This document shows positions 1 to 9,578 of a DNA stretch of 63,947 nt, piece after piece; positions within the stretch are counted from its first letter, which is position 1; every line of letters starts with the position of its first letter. The notes beneath the pieces were generated by a model. It was given only the letters and a program-made list of their open reading frames with translations. It had not been told where the DNA came from and did no database searches. This DNA comes from Candidatus Benthortus lauensis. GTDB taxonomy: Archaea; Thermoproteota; Nitrososphaeria_A; Caldarchaeales; Wolframiiraptoraceae. The stretch covers positions 1-63,947 of the forward strand of contig JAHSRM010000060.1 in NCBI GenBank assembly GCA_021650775.1, in the 5' to 3' direction. Position numbers and translations under genes: made by a program.

Positions 1-558
1 TCCCTGGCATTCGGGATACCGACGGCCATAGCGATAGTCTATTCACGTTTCCTCCAGAACACCCTCTACCCCATACTGGTCGTCCTCCAGTCGGTTCCAA
101 AGGTCGCCCTCGCACCCCTGATAATGATGTGGTTCTTCAGGATACATCAGGTCCTCCCAGTCATCATAATAACCTTCCTAATCTCCTTCTTCCCCATAGT
201 GGTTGATACATCCACGGGTCTGATGACGATTAGCAGGGAGCTGATGGACCTTGCCAGGAGCCTTGGGGCACCCCAGTCCAGGATATTCTTCAAGCTTAGG
301 CTCCCGAACTCTCTACCCCACTTCTTCGCAGGCGTTAAGGTCGCCATAACCTTGGCGGTTGTCGGGGCGGTGGTCGGCGAGTTCGTGGGCGGGAACAAGG
401 GGCTGGGCTACCTCATACTCTTCGCAAGCAGCCAGCTCCTAACCAAGAGCGTCTTCGTCTCCCTCGCCCTGCTCTCGGCCATGGGGATAGCCCTCTTCGC
501 CCTAGTAGTCCTAATAGAACGCATCACGATACCTTGGGCATACTATCAGGAGGAGTAG
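1..558 (+). CDS. ABC transporter permease (NitT/TauT-like), 5'-partial
   Basis: Frame 1 is open from base 1 (SLAFGIPTAIAIVYSRF...) into the listed ORF. Multi-TM protein with LPNSLPHFFAGVKVAITLAVVGAVVGEF, typical of the conserved permease loop region. The start lies outside the window. Confidence 0.8.
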   Translation, partial: SLAFGIPTAIAIVYSRFLQNTLYPILVVLQSVPKVALAPLIMMWFFRIHQVLPVIIITFLISFFPIVVDTSTGLMTISRELMDLARSLGAPQSRIFFKLRLPNSLPHFFAGVKVAITLAVVGAVVGEFVGGNKGLGYLILFASSQLLTKSVFVSLALLSAMGIALFALVVLIERITIPWAYYQEE

Positions 559-560
559 CC

Positions 561-1040
561 TCAACGAGACCTAAGAATCCTCGCAGCCTCCAAGACCGCC
601 TCAACAATCCTGCCGTATCCTGTGCATCGGCATAGGTGTTCCGCCAGCATCCACCTAACCTCCTCGCCGCTGGGGTTCGGGTTCCTGTCCAGGAGCGATT
701 TAGCAGCCATTATTATCCCCGGGATACAGTAGCCGCATTGCGTTGCTGCGAGTTCGGCGAATGTTATCTGGAGGGGGTGGGGGTCTCCAGGCCTCCCTAT
801 GCCCTCAAGGGTCGTTATCTCCCTTCCGTTTGCCTGGGCTGTGAGGGTTATGCAGGAGTTAATTGGCTCGCCGTCCATTAGGACTGTGCAGGTTCCGCAG
901 TCTCCTGTGCTGCATCCCTCCTTCACGCTCTTGATGTTTAGGCGGTTTCGGAGGGTGTCTATGAGCCTCTCCCCACCCCCAACCTCCAGCTCATGCTCCA
1001 CGCCGTTTACCCTGAGCCTCACCCTAAGCCTCGGCAACAC
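561..1040 (-). CDS. [2Fe-2S]-binding small subunit of the xanthine dehydrogenase / CO dehydrogenase (CoxS-like) family
   Basis: Cysteine motifs CSTGDCGTCTV and CGYCIPG...CRCTGY. About 160 aa. Overlaps the upstream FAD-subunit gene by 17 nt. Confidence 0.85.
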   Translation of the reverse strand: MLPRLRVRLRVNGVEHELEVGGGERLIDTLRNRLNIKSVKEGCSTGDCGTCTVLMDGEPINSCITLTAQANGREITTLEGIGRPGDPHPLQITFAELAATQCGYCIPGIIMAAKSLLDRNPNPSGEEVRWMLAEHLCRCTGYGRIVEAVLEAARILRSR

Positions 1041-1941
1041 TCTCCACCCCGCCTAACACCATATCCCTCGAATGCCTCAAGGCTCTACGCAGGAAAACCT
1101 TGGCTACCTCGGTCCTATACAGGTAGGAGGCACGGTAATCGGAGGTTAGCCTCAGCTCGGACTCCAGGACCCGTTCAGCTCCACTTATCACCTCCTCGTC
1201 AATCCTCCTATCCCTCAAGAACTCCTCGGTTCTCCAAGCCCTCTCAGGAATCTTCCCCCTAACCCTGTTGAAGGCAAGCCTGACATCCTCTATTACTCCA
1301 TCAGGGCTTAGCCTTAGGTAGGATGCGAGGGAGACGAGGGCTATTATGTGGGTCCGACGCCTCCCAATCTTCTGGAAGTAACTCCACTCACCCTCCCCCA
1401 AGGACTTGAAGGAGACCTCCGCTATCACCTCATCACCCCTCCTAGAGGTCCTCCTCTTGGCCACCACGAGCTCATCAACCCTGAGAACCCTCTCACCCCC
1501 AAGGCTCAGCAACCTCACACGGGCGTCAAGGGCCAGGAAGATTGGTATGAGGTCCTCGGAGGAGGCAGCCGCCCCAAGGTTCCCTCCAACCGTCGCCCTA
1601 TTCCTTATCTCCCATGTGCCGAACATCCTCGAGAGGACGTGGAAGGCCTCGTATCTCGAGTGACTGAGCAGGTGCGACCCGGCCAGGTCGCTTATGGTCG
1701 TTAATGCACCTATCTTTATGACCCCGCCCTCCTCCCTGATGTATCTAAGCTCCCTGACGCCGGAGATGTCCACGAGCCTCCTCGGCCTAAGCTCCCCCCT
1801 CCTAATCCTCGGGAGAAGGTCCGTCCCATTAGCTATTATCGTGGCGTCCCTCCCATCGCCGTGAAGATACTCCAGTAAGTCACGCAGGCTTGAGGGCGAA
1901 TATATCTCGAAGTCCGGGAGCTCCCGCATCAAAATTATCAA
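1024..1941 (-). CDS. FAD-binding medium subunit of a molybdopterin dehydrogenase (CoxM-like)
   Basis: About 300 aa with ANGTDLLPRIRRG and ATVGGNL segments typical of the FAD-binding-5 fold. Translationally coupled to the 2Fe-2S subunit. Confidence 0.8.
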   Translation of the reverse strand: MIILMRELPDFEIYSPSSLRDLLEYLHGDGRDATIIANGTDLLPRIRRGELRPRRLVDISGVRELRYIREEGGVIKIGALTTISDLAGSHLLSHSRYEAFHVLSRMFGTWEIRNRATVGGNLGAAASSEDLIPIFLALDARVRLLSLGGERVLRVDELVVAKRRTSRRGDEVIAEVSFKSLGEGEWSYFQKIGRRRTHIIALVSLASYLRLSPDGVIEDVRLAFNRVRGKIPERAWRTEEFLRDRRIDEEVISGAERVLESELRLTSDYRASYLYRTEVAKVFLRRALRHSRDMVLGGVESVAEA

Positions 1942-1966
1942 CGGCCCTTGGGAAATAAAGATATTC

Positions 1967-2437
1967 TCAGGGTATCTTGGAGAGCTCCTTGACTATCTCG
2001 TCGTAGTCTGGCTCCTTGGTCGGGTCGTCGCTAACCCACTTGTATCTTATCACTCCCTCCTTGTCTAGTATGAAGACCGCCCTCTTGGCGGCTGTGTAGC
2101 CCTTGAGGCCGATGAAGTCCTCGTGATATACCCCATACTTCTTGATTACCTCCCTGTTGTAGTCCGAGAGTAGGGTGAAGTTGAGTTTGTTGGCCTCGGC
2201 GAAGGCCTTCTGGGTGAAGGGGTCGTTAACGCTTATCCCGAGGACTACTGCGTCAAGCTTGTTGAACCTGTTCATGGAGTCCCTCAGGGTGCACATCTCC
2301 TTCGTGCAGACCGACGTGAAGGCCCCTGGATAGAACGCTAGGACCACCTTCTTTCCACGGAACTCGCTCAGAGACCTGGGCTTCAAGTCCTGGTCAGGCA
2401 GGGTGAAGTCTGGAGCCTTCTCCCCAACCTCGGGCAA
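1967..2437 (-). CDS. peroxiredoxin (AhpC/TSA-Bcp family)
   Basis: [17 protein letters not shown] peroxidatic-Cys motif. 156 aa. Confidence 0.85.
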   Translation of the reverse strand: MPEVGEKAPDFTLPDQDLKPRSLSEFRGKKVVLAFYPGAFTSVCTKEMCTLRDSMNRFNKLDAVVLGISVNDPFTQKAFAEANKLNFTLLSDYNREVIKKYGVYHEDFIGLKGYTAAKRAVFILDKEGVIRYKWVSDDPTKEPDYDEIVKELSKIP

Positions 2438-2588
2438 TTATATCACCTCAGCCCTCCCCAAAGACCCCAGAATATATCTATTCATCAATGTTCCAGCTGC
2501 TTGTATAGGTATTACCCTGGTTGTTGAAGGTTTATAGTGACCTCTGGTTCAAGGCTATCTTGGAGTCTCTTTGCTTGGAGTGGGCTTC

Positions 2589-3314
2589 ATGGATAGGCGG
2601 TTGAGGGATAACCCGCTATGGGGGGTGCTGGTTGAGGTCGTTAGGAGCCTCCCCCTCTATCCCCAGCACAAGGCATACGTTAGGGACAGGATACTTCCGA
2701 GGAACCCTGGAATCACCCCTGAGGAGCTGAGCAAGCGTCTCGGAATCCCCCTGGGCGAAGCCATGGTAATCCTGAGTGAGCTTAGGCTAAGCTGGGACGA
2801 GGTGGAGGAGGAGCTTGGGAAACCCCTCCCCAAGCCAAGATACAGGAAGGCCGCCATGGGCGGGACCTTCAACGAGGTCCATAGAGGCCACCTCGCATTA
2901 ATCCTAACGGGGCTGAGAACAGGGGAGAGGCTCATAATAGGCGTCACGACCGATGAGCTGGTCAAGAGGATGGGGAAGAAGCATGAGGTGAGGAGGTTCG
3001 AGGAACGGGTCAGGGAGCTGGAGGAGACCCTGAGGAGATACGGGTGGAGGGAGAGATGCGATATAGTGGCCCTGGAGGACCCCTACGGACCAGCCGCAAA
3101 GGACCCAGAGCTGGAGGCACTCGTGGCAAGCCCCTTCACATACGGCAGGGCCCTCGAGGTCAACAGGATGCGTAGGGAGCGGGGTCTCAGGGAGCTGGCC
3201 ATAGTCTTGGCCCCGATAGTCTTGGCCGAGGACGGAGGCATCATATCCAGCACAAGGATTGCCCGTGGAGAGATAACGCCCGAGGGCAGGGTAAGGGTTA
3301 GGCAACCCCCATAG
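2589..3314 (+). CDS. cytidylyltransferase-fold protein, probable archaeal phosphopantetheine adenylyltransferase with an extra N-terminal domain
   Basis: GGTFNEVHRGH nucleotidyltransferase motif (HxGH type) and C-terminal ISSTRI. First ATG is at 2589; the track ORF opens at a TTG at 2571. Confidence 0.6.
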   Translation: MDRRLRDNPLWGVLVEVVRSLPLYPQHKAYVRDRILPRNPGITPEELSKRLGIPLGEAMVILSELRLSWDEVEEELGKPLPKPRYRKAAMGGTFNEVHRGHLALILTGLRTGERLIIGVTTDELVKRMGKKHEVRRFEERVRELEETLRRYGWRERCDIVALEDPYGPAAKDPELEALVASPFTYGRALEVNRMRRERGLRELAIVLAPIVLAEDGGIISSTRIARGEITPEGRVRVRQPP

Positions 3315-4251
3315 CCACCAGGATAACCATGACCAGGACTCCCGCTATAATGGTTATCGGGGAGGAGACCTGGTAAAGCCGCTTAAACCCGAACATAACG
3401 TATAGGACCGTGAGGGCCCACGCTATCGGGGAGAGTGTGGAGAGGATGTTCTCCACGAGGCCTGGCTCAGGGGCGCCGAACCTTATCAAGCCACGTGAAA
3501 CCACGTCCCTATACTCGACCCTACTCCAATTCCCCTCGACCAGGTCCACCCTATCTAGGGACCCCCCGTCGCTTAAGGTGACCCCGGTCATGTTGATGAT
3601 GGTTGATGTCTCCTCCAAGGCTTTGGCGACATCTTCCTCGGACCTCATGGAGGCCCAGACAGGCTTGGAGAGGTTCTCCCTATATGCCCTATATACGCTG
3701 ACATACTCGGCGTTGATGGTTCCTCTCAGCGTTATGCTTCCATTCACGGCTATCCCCGTTATCTCTGCGTCATGGAAGGTGGCGTCGGCTAGCGTGGCGT
3801 CAACCACTATGAAGGGTATTCTGTGGGCTTGGGACATTATGGGGAGGGTTGCAAGGGAGATTATCGTGAAGACTAGGAATGCGTGGAAGACGAGTGTCAG
3901 AAGCGCCTTCCCCCTCCCCTCCTTGCCTGCGAAGAAGACTATGAGCCTGAAGCCGACGAAGATTATCATGAAGGCCAGGCCCATGTAGAGGAGCCTCGAC
4001 AAGGCTATCTCTCCTGGTGTTGGAAGCGGGGGGCGGGCTGACTCGAAGCCCTCCAAGGCGAAGCTCATATCAACCTTTGTATAAACCATGTAGAATGCCG
4101 TGAGTATCGCCGAGAACACGCCTATGATGAAGATGGCGGCACCCCTAAACATTCTCGGCTTAACGTTCTCCTCGTCCCTGAGCCTCTCACCCAGCCTCCC
4201 CGGAAAGAACGCCTCCTCCAGCACAGTCTCCCGAGAGATGAACAAACCCAC
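3298..4251 (-). CDS. membrane protein of unknown function
   Basis: Several predicted TM helices flank a large non-membrane segment. The ORF is open to 4344, but a GTG at 4251 sits 2 nt after the upstream gene's stop. The start is uncertain. Confidence 0.5.
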   Translation of the reverse strand: MGLFISRETVLEEAFFPGRLGERLRDEENVKPRMFRGAAIFIIGVFSAILTAFYMVYTKVDMSFALEGFESARPPLPTPGEIALSRLLYMGLAFMIIFVGFRLIVFFAGKEGRGKALLTLVFHAFLVFTIISLATLPIMSQAHRIPFIVVDATLADATFHDAEITGIAVNGSITLRGTINAEYVSVYRAYRENLSKPVWASMRSEEDVAKALEETSTIINMTGVTLSDGGSLDRVDLVEGNWSRVEYRDVVSRGLIRFGAPEPGLVENILSTLSPIAWALTVLYVMFGFKRLYQVSSPITIIAGVLVMVILVAMGVA

Positions 4252-4253
4252 TC

Positions 4254-4529
4254 TTATCTTTGTCGCATGGAGATTATCAGGGCCGCCGCCAACCCTAAAG
4301 CGAGAGACAGCCCCAGGTTTACGGCGAATAGATAGGGGCTCCACCTCTCTCCAGCCATGGCCCCGCCCTCCACCGTCATAGCCTCGGTCTCAGCCTTAGC
4401 AACCTGAGGCCCATCCCTCTGAGGCTCAAGCCTTTGAGCGGGTTGGGGTAGCTGGCTGACAGCGGAGTATAGGAGGAATGCCAGGAACACTGCGGCCAGG
4501 ATTCTCAGGGCGAGGCCACGCATCTCCAT
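4254..4529 (-). CDS. small secreted/membrane protein
   Basis: MEMRGLALRILAAVFLAFLLYSAV signal-like N-terminus and a C-terminal TM helix. A start at an internal Met avoids overlap with the upstream HTH gene. Confidence 0.35.
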   Translation of the reverse strand: MEMRGLALRILAAVFLAFLLYSAVSQLPQPAQRLEPQRDGPQVAKAETEAMTVEGGAMAGERWSPYLFAVNLGLSLALGLAAALIISMRQR

Positions 4530-4572
4530 CAGACATGGCCCCCCGCATAAGATATTTCTACTCTTCCGAACA

Positions 4573-4992
4573 TCACGTAACCCCCTTCCTCCACACGTTA
4601 ATCGTCTCATACCAGAGTATCGTTGAGGAGGTTATGGCGAAGGTTGCTGCGTAGGGGTCGGGGGAGAATATGTGCTGTAGGAGGTATAGTGCAGTGAGGG
4701 TGCTCATGAAGACTGCGTAGAAGAAGAATCGTGGTATCAGCCTCCCACCCAGCATGACGAACATCCTTAGAATATCCACGTCAATCTTCTCCGAAGCCCT
4801 GTATCTCCCCGAGTGGTCCTTCGAGACAACACCCATCTCCCTAAGCTTCTCGAGGTGGTAGTGGGCTATGCTGGGGCTCGAGAACCCCATCTCCCTCTGA
4901 AGCTCCCTCACCCCGACGGCCTCCCCCCTACCAAGCAAGTAAAGATAGACCTTAAGCGTCCTCCCCTTCAGCTCCGATAAGTCCCTAACCAT
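4573..4992 (-). CDS. winged-helix (ArsR-like) DNA-binding protein with C-terminal TM helices
   Basis: VRELQREMGFSSPSIAHYHLEKLREMGVV helix-turn-helix segment followed by two hydrophobic helices. Confidence 0.6.
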   Translation of the reverse strand: MVRDLSELKGRTLKVYLYLLGRGEAVGVRELQREMGFSSPSIAHYHLEKLREMGVVSKDHSGRYRASEKIDVDILRMFVMLGGRLIPRFFFYAVFMSTLTALYLLQHIFSPDPYAATFAITSSTILWYETINVWRKGVT

Positions 4993-5051
4993 CCAAGGGT
5001 AAATGAGCTAGGAGACTAAATAAATGAATCCCTGGGTGAACCTTAATTAGG

Positions 5052-5291
5052 TTGAGTCTAATGCTGCGGGATGGTATGCCGAGTTTCACCCAGATTCTGG
5101 GAGCAGCCGCCATATTCCTCTCGGTAACGTTCTCGGTCTTCTATGTCCTCTGGTTCTTCGGATACCTGCCCATAGACCCCGAGCTGGCAGTCAAGATACC
5201 TGTCCTCATCCTGGTCCTGGGATTCTTCGCGGTGGTAGGGTGGCTAGGATACGTGATGGTTACGGTTCCGGTTAAGCGGGGGCGCCGATGA
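5052..5291 (+). CDS. small membrane protein
   Basis: 79-aa ORF with two clear hydrophobic helices. No recognisable family. Confidence 0.4.
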   Translation: MSLMLRDGMPSFTQILGAAAIFLSVTFSVFYVLWFFGYLPIDPELAVKIPVLILVLGFFAVVGWLGYVMVTVPVKRGRR

Positions 5292-6582
5292 AGAGGAGGA
5301 AGTCTATAAGCCACTGCGGCTTAACCGGGAACCACACGATGAACCAGATTATCTGCGAGATTAGTAGAAGGAGTAGGATGGTCTCCGAGAAGCTCTCGCC
5401 CTCGAGTATCCTGGGCAGCCCTATCGCTATCGCGGGCAGGGTCATGTAGAAGTAGAATGGGTAGACCCATCGGCCGAGTATGTGTGCTATGGGGAAGTAT
5501 ACTATGTATGTGAATATGAACCATGAGAGGATGAACATCTCCACCTTGGGGAACCTCCCCCTCCTCAGCTCTCCATAGGCCATAATCGCCGACAAAGCAG
5601 CCACGAGCCACGTCATCCACCATAGGGGGGTCTGCATACCATAATAGGCGACGGGGTGATACTCCCGTCCATTAACCGTCACCGTTACAACGAAGTATGG
5701 TGTCCTCGGGTATGGGAAGATGGGGTTTGTCCAGCTTAGGGGTAGATACACCACGTCCCCCTCCTTATACCTGAGTGATGAATGGTAGTTGAGCATGTAG
5801 TCTATGTGCTCGAAGGGGGTGTTAAAGGCGTTCAGGCTGTAGTCGTATATCCCGAGGCTGACTATCAGGACTGCGAAGCTGATGAACCCGACCTTCTCAA
5901 ACACGCTCAGCCACCTCCTCAAGGCCTCCCTCAAGCTATCCCTCCAATATACCTCATGGAAGAACCTGAATGCTAGGAGAGATATGAGCACGAAGGCGCT
6001 GGACGTCTTGCTTGAAAGTGCGAGGCCCATGGCCAGCCCCGAGAGCATCAGCCTGTTCTCCAGGAATAGGTATGCGGCCAGCAGGCTGAAGAGCATGGCA
6101 GGGGCATCCAGCATAGCTATGGAGCTTAGGTTGAAGGCCGAGATATCGAATGCCAGGAACGCTGCAGCCATCAGGCCTGTCTTCCAGCTTCGTGTTAGGG
6201 AGTGGGCCACCCTGCCCATGAAGTATATGGAGAGAGCTCCGCATAGGGTTATGAGGAGACGCCAACCCCATGGATTGTCCCCGAATAATAGTATGCCTGC
6301 AAGTATCAGGGCCTTGGAGAGAGGAGGATGCTCATTATTCACCGCCTCACCCCTCATCATCTTCCTAACAGCGGGAACATAATGCGCCTCATCGAAGATT
6401 AGGCCGCAGTCCGTTTTTATCGGGGGCTCCGTGCACTCCTCTGGGGGGAGTTTGGGCCAAGGGTTGGGGAGTATGTAGAGCTTGAGGCCCAGTATCAGGG
6501 CTGTGAGTAGTATGAGTAGGGTGTGGGGGTTGCCGAGAAACCTCATCCTTCCTCTAAGCTCTTGGCTGAGAAGCACCTCCAC
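5272..6582 (-). CDS. integral-membrane glycosyltransferase (GT39/PMT-ArnT-like)
   Basis: Polytopic protein with an early loop FDEAHYVPAVRKM (DE-type motif of dolichyl/undecaprenyl-phosphate sugar transferases). Confidence 0.6.
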   Translation of the reverse strand: MEVLLSQELRGRMRFLGNPHTLLILLTALILGLKLYILPNPWPKLPPEECTEPPIKTDCGLIFDEAHYVPAVRKMMRGEAVNNEHPPLSKALILAGILLFGDNPWGWRLLITLCGALSIYFMGRVAHSLTRSWKTGLMAAAFLAFDISAFNLSSIAMLDAPAMLFSLLAAYLFLENRLMLSGLAMGLALSSKTSSAFVLISLLAFRFFHEVYWRDSLREALRRWLSVFEKVGFISFAVLIVSLGIYDYSLNAFNTPFEHIDYMLNYHSSLRYKEGDVVYLPLSWTNPIFPYPRTPYFVVTVTVNGREYHPVAYYGMQTPLWWMTWLVAALSAIMAYGELRRGRFPKVEMFILSWFIFTYIVYFPIAHILGRWVYPFYFYMTLPAIAIGLPRILEGESFSETILLLLLISQIIWFIVWFPVKPQWLIDFLLFIGAPA

Positions 6583-7678
6583 GATACACCTCCATCAGGA
6601 GGTAGAAGAGGGCTGAGGCCCTCAAAACCGCTAGATACTGTGGGAGGGAGCCCCACTTGGTCGGCTCAGGGCTCAGGAACCATGTTAGGATTATCCCCAC
6701 GTTGGCGACCTCCATGACGTAGTATGCTGGGGAGACCCTGCCCAAGACAGCGAGTAGCGGGAGCAGCCAGATAACCATCTGGGGCGTGAAGACGTATGAC
6801 GAGAGGAGGAGGACTGCGAAGGCCATGAAGACCCTTCTAAACAGCTCCATGTCGTCGATTAGATAAACCTTCAATAACCCGTAGCCTGCTAGGAAGAGGC
6901 TGAAGAGCCTGGCGGTATCCCACGACCCCTCGGATGGAAACAAGACTATGAACCAGGCGTTCTCAAGCCCCCACCTAACATGATATAGGTAGGTCTCGGA
7001 GAAGACCACGGGGTTTATCAGATACAGGGTGAGGTTGACAGCTGCGAAGGGAGCCAAGGCGTATAGAAGATAGGTTAGGCGTTTATTCCTCTCCACATGC
7101 ATCAGTATTATCGGGAGTAGGATTAGGTTGGAGAGTTTTGAGAGTGCTGCGAGGCTGAACGTTAAGGCTGAGGAAACAATTCTTCCCTTGATGAGTAGGA
7201 GGAGCGAGGTCATCAGGAAGGCCGTCAAGACTATGTCGAAGTTATACACGAGGTAGAAATACATGGAGGGTGAGAGAACGAGAAACATCAGCACATACTC
7301 CCATCCAACGCCTCTCCGACGTGAAATCAAGTATGTGGCTATGAGCGTTGCTATGTATGCTGAGAGGAGTATGAGGGAGAATGTTAGGTAGTAGCCGTTA
7401 AGATTTCTTCCTATGATTGATGACACGTAGAGTATTAGGCCCGAGATGGGTGGATACTCGAAGCTGCTCTCCACGTATGGTATCAGGGGGCCGTATGCGA
7501 GGGGCCTGCTCCAGAAGGATACTATGTCGGAGTAGATGCTGTTTGGGATGTCGGGGTGGTGGAGTATGAATGAGATTAGGAAGGTCGATAAACCCGCTGC
7601 GAGGATGATTGGTAGGGGGCCTCCCCCCTCATCTCTTGAGAAGCTTGCTGACATAGGGTCCCTCACGCCTATACCCAT
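6554..7678 (-). CDS. polytopic membrane protein, possible GT-C type glycosyltransferase
   Basis: More than 8 hydrophobic helices. Adjacent to and overlapping the GT39-like gene. No diagnostic motif recognised. Confidence 0.4.
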   Translation of the reverse strand: MGIGVRDPMSASFSRDEGGGPLPIILAAGLSTFLISFILHHPDIPNSIYSDIVSFWSRPLAYGPLIPYVESSFEYPPISGLILYVSSIIGRNLNGYYLTFSLILLSAYIATLIATYLISRRRGVGWEYVLMFLVLSPSMYFYLVYNFDIVLTAFLMTSLLLLIKGRIVSSALTFSLAALSKLSNLILLPIILMHVERNKRLTYLLYALAPFAAVNLTLYLINPVVFSETYLYHVRWGLENAWFIVLFPSEGSWDTARLFSLFLAGYGLLKVYLIDDMELFRRVFMAFAVLLLSSYVFTPQMVIWLLPLLAVLGRVSPAYYVMEVANVGIILTWFLSPEPTKWGSLPQYLAVLRASALFYLLMEVYRGGASQPRA

Positions 7679-9233
7679 GAGAGTAGTAGTATCTCCTCAC
7701 CCCGACCCCGCTTATGACCACAACCTTACGTGCATCCAGCTCCTCCACGGCTATCCTCTCGGCCTCCGAGAGAAGCCTCGAGCCATAGCTTCTATGCTGG
7801 TAGCTGGCGTTGCGTGGATGCTCTCCAACTGGGGTCATCACGCCGTAGACGTGTAGCTCCCTTATCAGGGCGGCTCCCCTTATCTCGGGCCTTAGAGTCT
7901 GTGAGGGGTCCCTAAGCCTTATGAATCCTACCAGCACGTCGTTCTCCACATCCTCGTATGATATGAAGAACTCCTCTCCCTCGGAGGCCCTATACCTAAT
8001 CACCTTGAGCCTCACTTTCTCCTCATCCACCCTGACCCCATCCCTCATGAGCCTATGGCCAGCCTCCCTACACCTAATACACCTACACCTGAGTCCCCGG
8101 GAGCGTAGGTAGTTCTCCACGACCTCCCTGAGGTTGGCGACCCTGTTGCCCGAGGAGGTTATCTCTAGGGGTATCTCTCTCTGAACTCTCTGTATCCTGA
8201 CGTATGGGGGCGTCATGAGAAACCACTCGGCCAGAAGCCTCACAAGCTCCTCATCACTATACACCCTGTGCCTCCCCCTCATCCACCACTCATGGAGAAC
8301 AGTTCCAGGCAGAACCAAGGTCGGGTAAATCTTCAGCATATCCGGCCTAAACCTCTCATCCTCCCACAGCATCCTATACATCTCGAGGTCCTTCTCGACC
8401 GTGGAGCCGGGGAGGTTTGGCATGAGGTGGTAGCAGACCTTGAAGGCCAGGTCCTTGAGGGTCCTCGTCGCCTCCACGACATCCTGCAGCGTGTGGCCCC
8501 TGTTATTCAGCCTATACAGCTCGTCGTCCAGGGCCTGGACACCAAGCTCAACCCTCGTTACACCCATCTCGAGGAGCCTGTTGGCTTGATGCGGCTTGAC
8601 CCAGTCCGGCTTGGTCTCCACAGTTATGCCCGAGATTCTCTTACCCACGCCCATCTCGGCAAGTTGGAGGGCCTCCTCCAGGCTACTTGAGTCCCTGCCG
8701 TTGAGTGCGTCTATGCATCTCTTGATGAACCATCTCTGGAACCCTGTGGGCATGGCGTTGAAGGTCCCGCCTATGAATATCAGCTCAACCTTATCGACCA
8801 CGTGGCCCATGGACTCAAGCCTCTCCACCTGCCTCGAGACCTGCAGGTATGGGTCATATGAGACCGACCTGGCCCTCCTGACAGCCTCCTCCGCACCCGT
8901 GTAGCTTCTAGGCGACCTACTCGAGGGGCCTCCTGGACAGTATATGCATCTCCCGTGGGGGCACTCATAGATGGGTGCGACGACGGTTACGACGGTTACT
9001 CCTGAGATGGTCTTCACGGGCTTCTTGGCCAGGACCCTTGCCACCCTATCCCTCACGCTGTCTGGGAGGCTGCCGAGTATCTCGAGGTTCGAGGGAACCC
9101 TGTTAAGCCCGTATCTCTCGGCCACCTCGAGCTTCAGCCTCTCAACGGCCTGACGGTCCGAGACCCCCTGCTCAACTATCCTCGCCGCAATCTCCTTACA
9201 GGCATCCCTAAGCCTCTCCTCAGCCTTAAGCAT
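7629..9233 (-). CDS. elp3: Elp3-type radical SAM / GNAT tRNA-modification enzyme
   Basis: CPHGRCIYCPGG radical-SAM cluster motif, a long Elp3-like core and a C-terminal GNAT segment (HRSYGSRLL). 534 aa. Confidence 0.9.
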   Translation of the reverse strand: MLKAEERLRDACKEIAARIVEQGVSDRQAVERLKLEVAERYGLNRVPSNLEILGSLPDSVRDRVARVLAKKPVKTISGVTVVTVVAPIYECPHGRCIYCPGGPSSRSPRSYTGAEEAVRRARSVSYDPYLQVSRQVERLESMGHVVDKVELIFIGGTFNAMPTGFQRWFIKRCIDALNGRDSSSLEEALQLAEMGVGKRISGITVETKPDWVKPHQANRLLEMGVTRVELGVQALDDELYRLNNRGHTLQDVVEATRTLKDLAFKVCYHLMPNLPGSTVEKDLEMYRMLWEDERFRPDMLKIYPTLVLPGTVLHEWWMRGRHRVYSDEELVRLLAEWFLMTPPYVRIQRVQREIPLEITSSGNRVANLREVVENYLRSRGLRCRCIRCREAGHRLMRDGVRVDEEKVRLKVIRYRASEGEEFFISYEDVENDVLVGFIRLRDPSQTLRPEIRGAALIRELHVYGVMTPVGEHPRNASYQHRSYGSRLLSEAERIAVEELDARKVVVISGVGVRRYYYSHGYRREGPYVSKLLKR

Positions 9234-9284
9234 GCCAGGCAGCCTGAGACAGACCCAGCATTATTAGGCTTTATAGTTTGGCGT

Positions 9285-9578
9285 TCACCCGAACCTGTAT
9301 TGGACTCCCCTGCCGCTTAGGGGGTAGTTCCAGTCCACGGCGTCCTTCGGGCAGACAATTCTACATGTCCCGCATTCCACGCATCCCTCGTAGCTGAAGA
9401 GGACCTCCTTGTCCAGGAGTGTGAAGCATCCGGCTGGGCAGAGCCTCACACATGGCTTGGTGTCGCATTCCACGCATTTGCTGAAGTCCACCTTTATGTG
9501 GGGTTCCTCGTCCACGTCCCAGACGTTTGCGTTAAGGGCCTCGTCCACCTTCAGTTTCTTGAGCTGCTGTATGGTCAT
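9285..9578 (-). CDS. fixX: ferredoxin-like protein FixX
   Basis: 97 aa with CPAGC...CVECGTCRIVCP and the ending WNYPLSGRGVQYRFG. Overlaps the fixC stop by 4 nt. Confidence 0.8.
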   Translation of the reverse strand: MTIQQLKKLKVDEALNANVWDVDEEPHIKVDFSKCVECDTKPCVRLCPAGCFTLLDKEVLFSYEGCVECGTCRIVCPKDAVDWNYPLSGRGVQYRFG

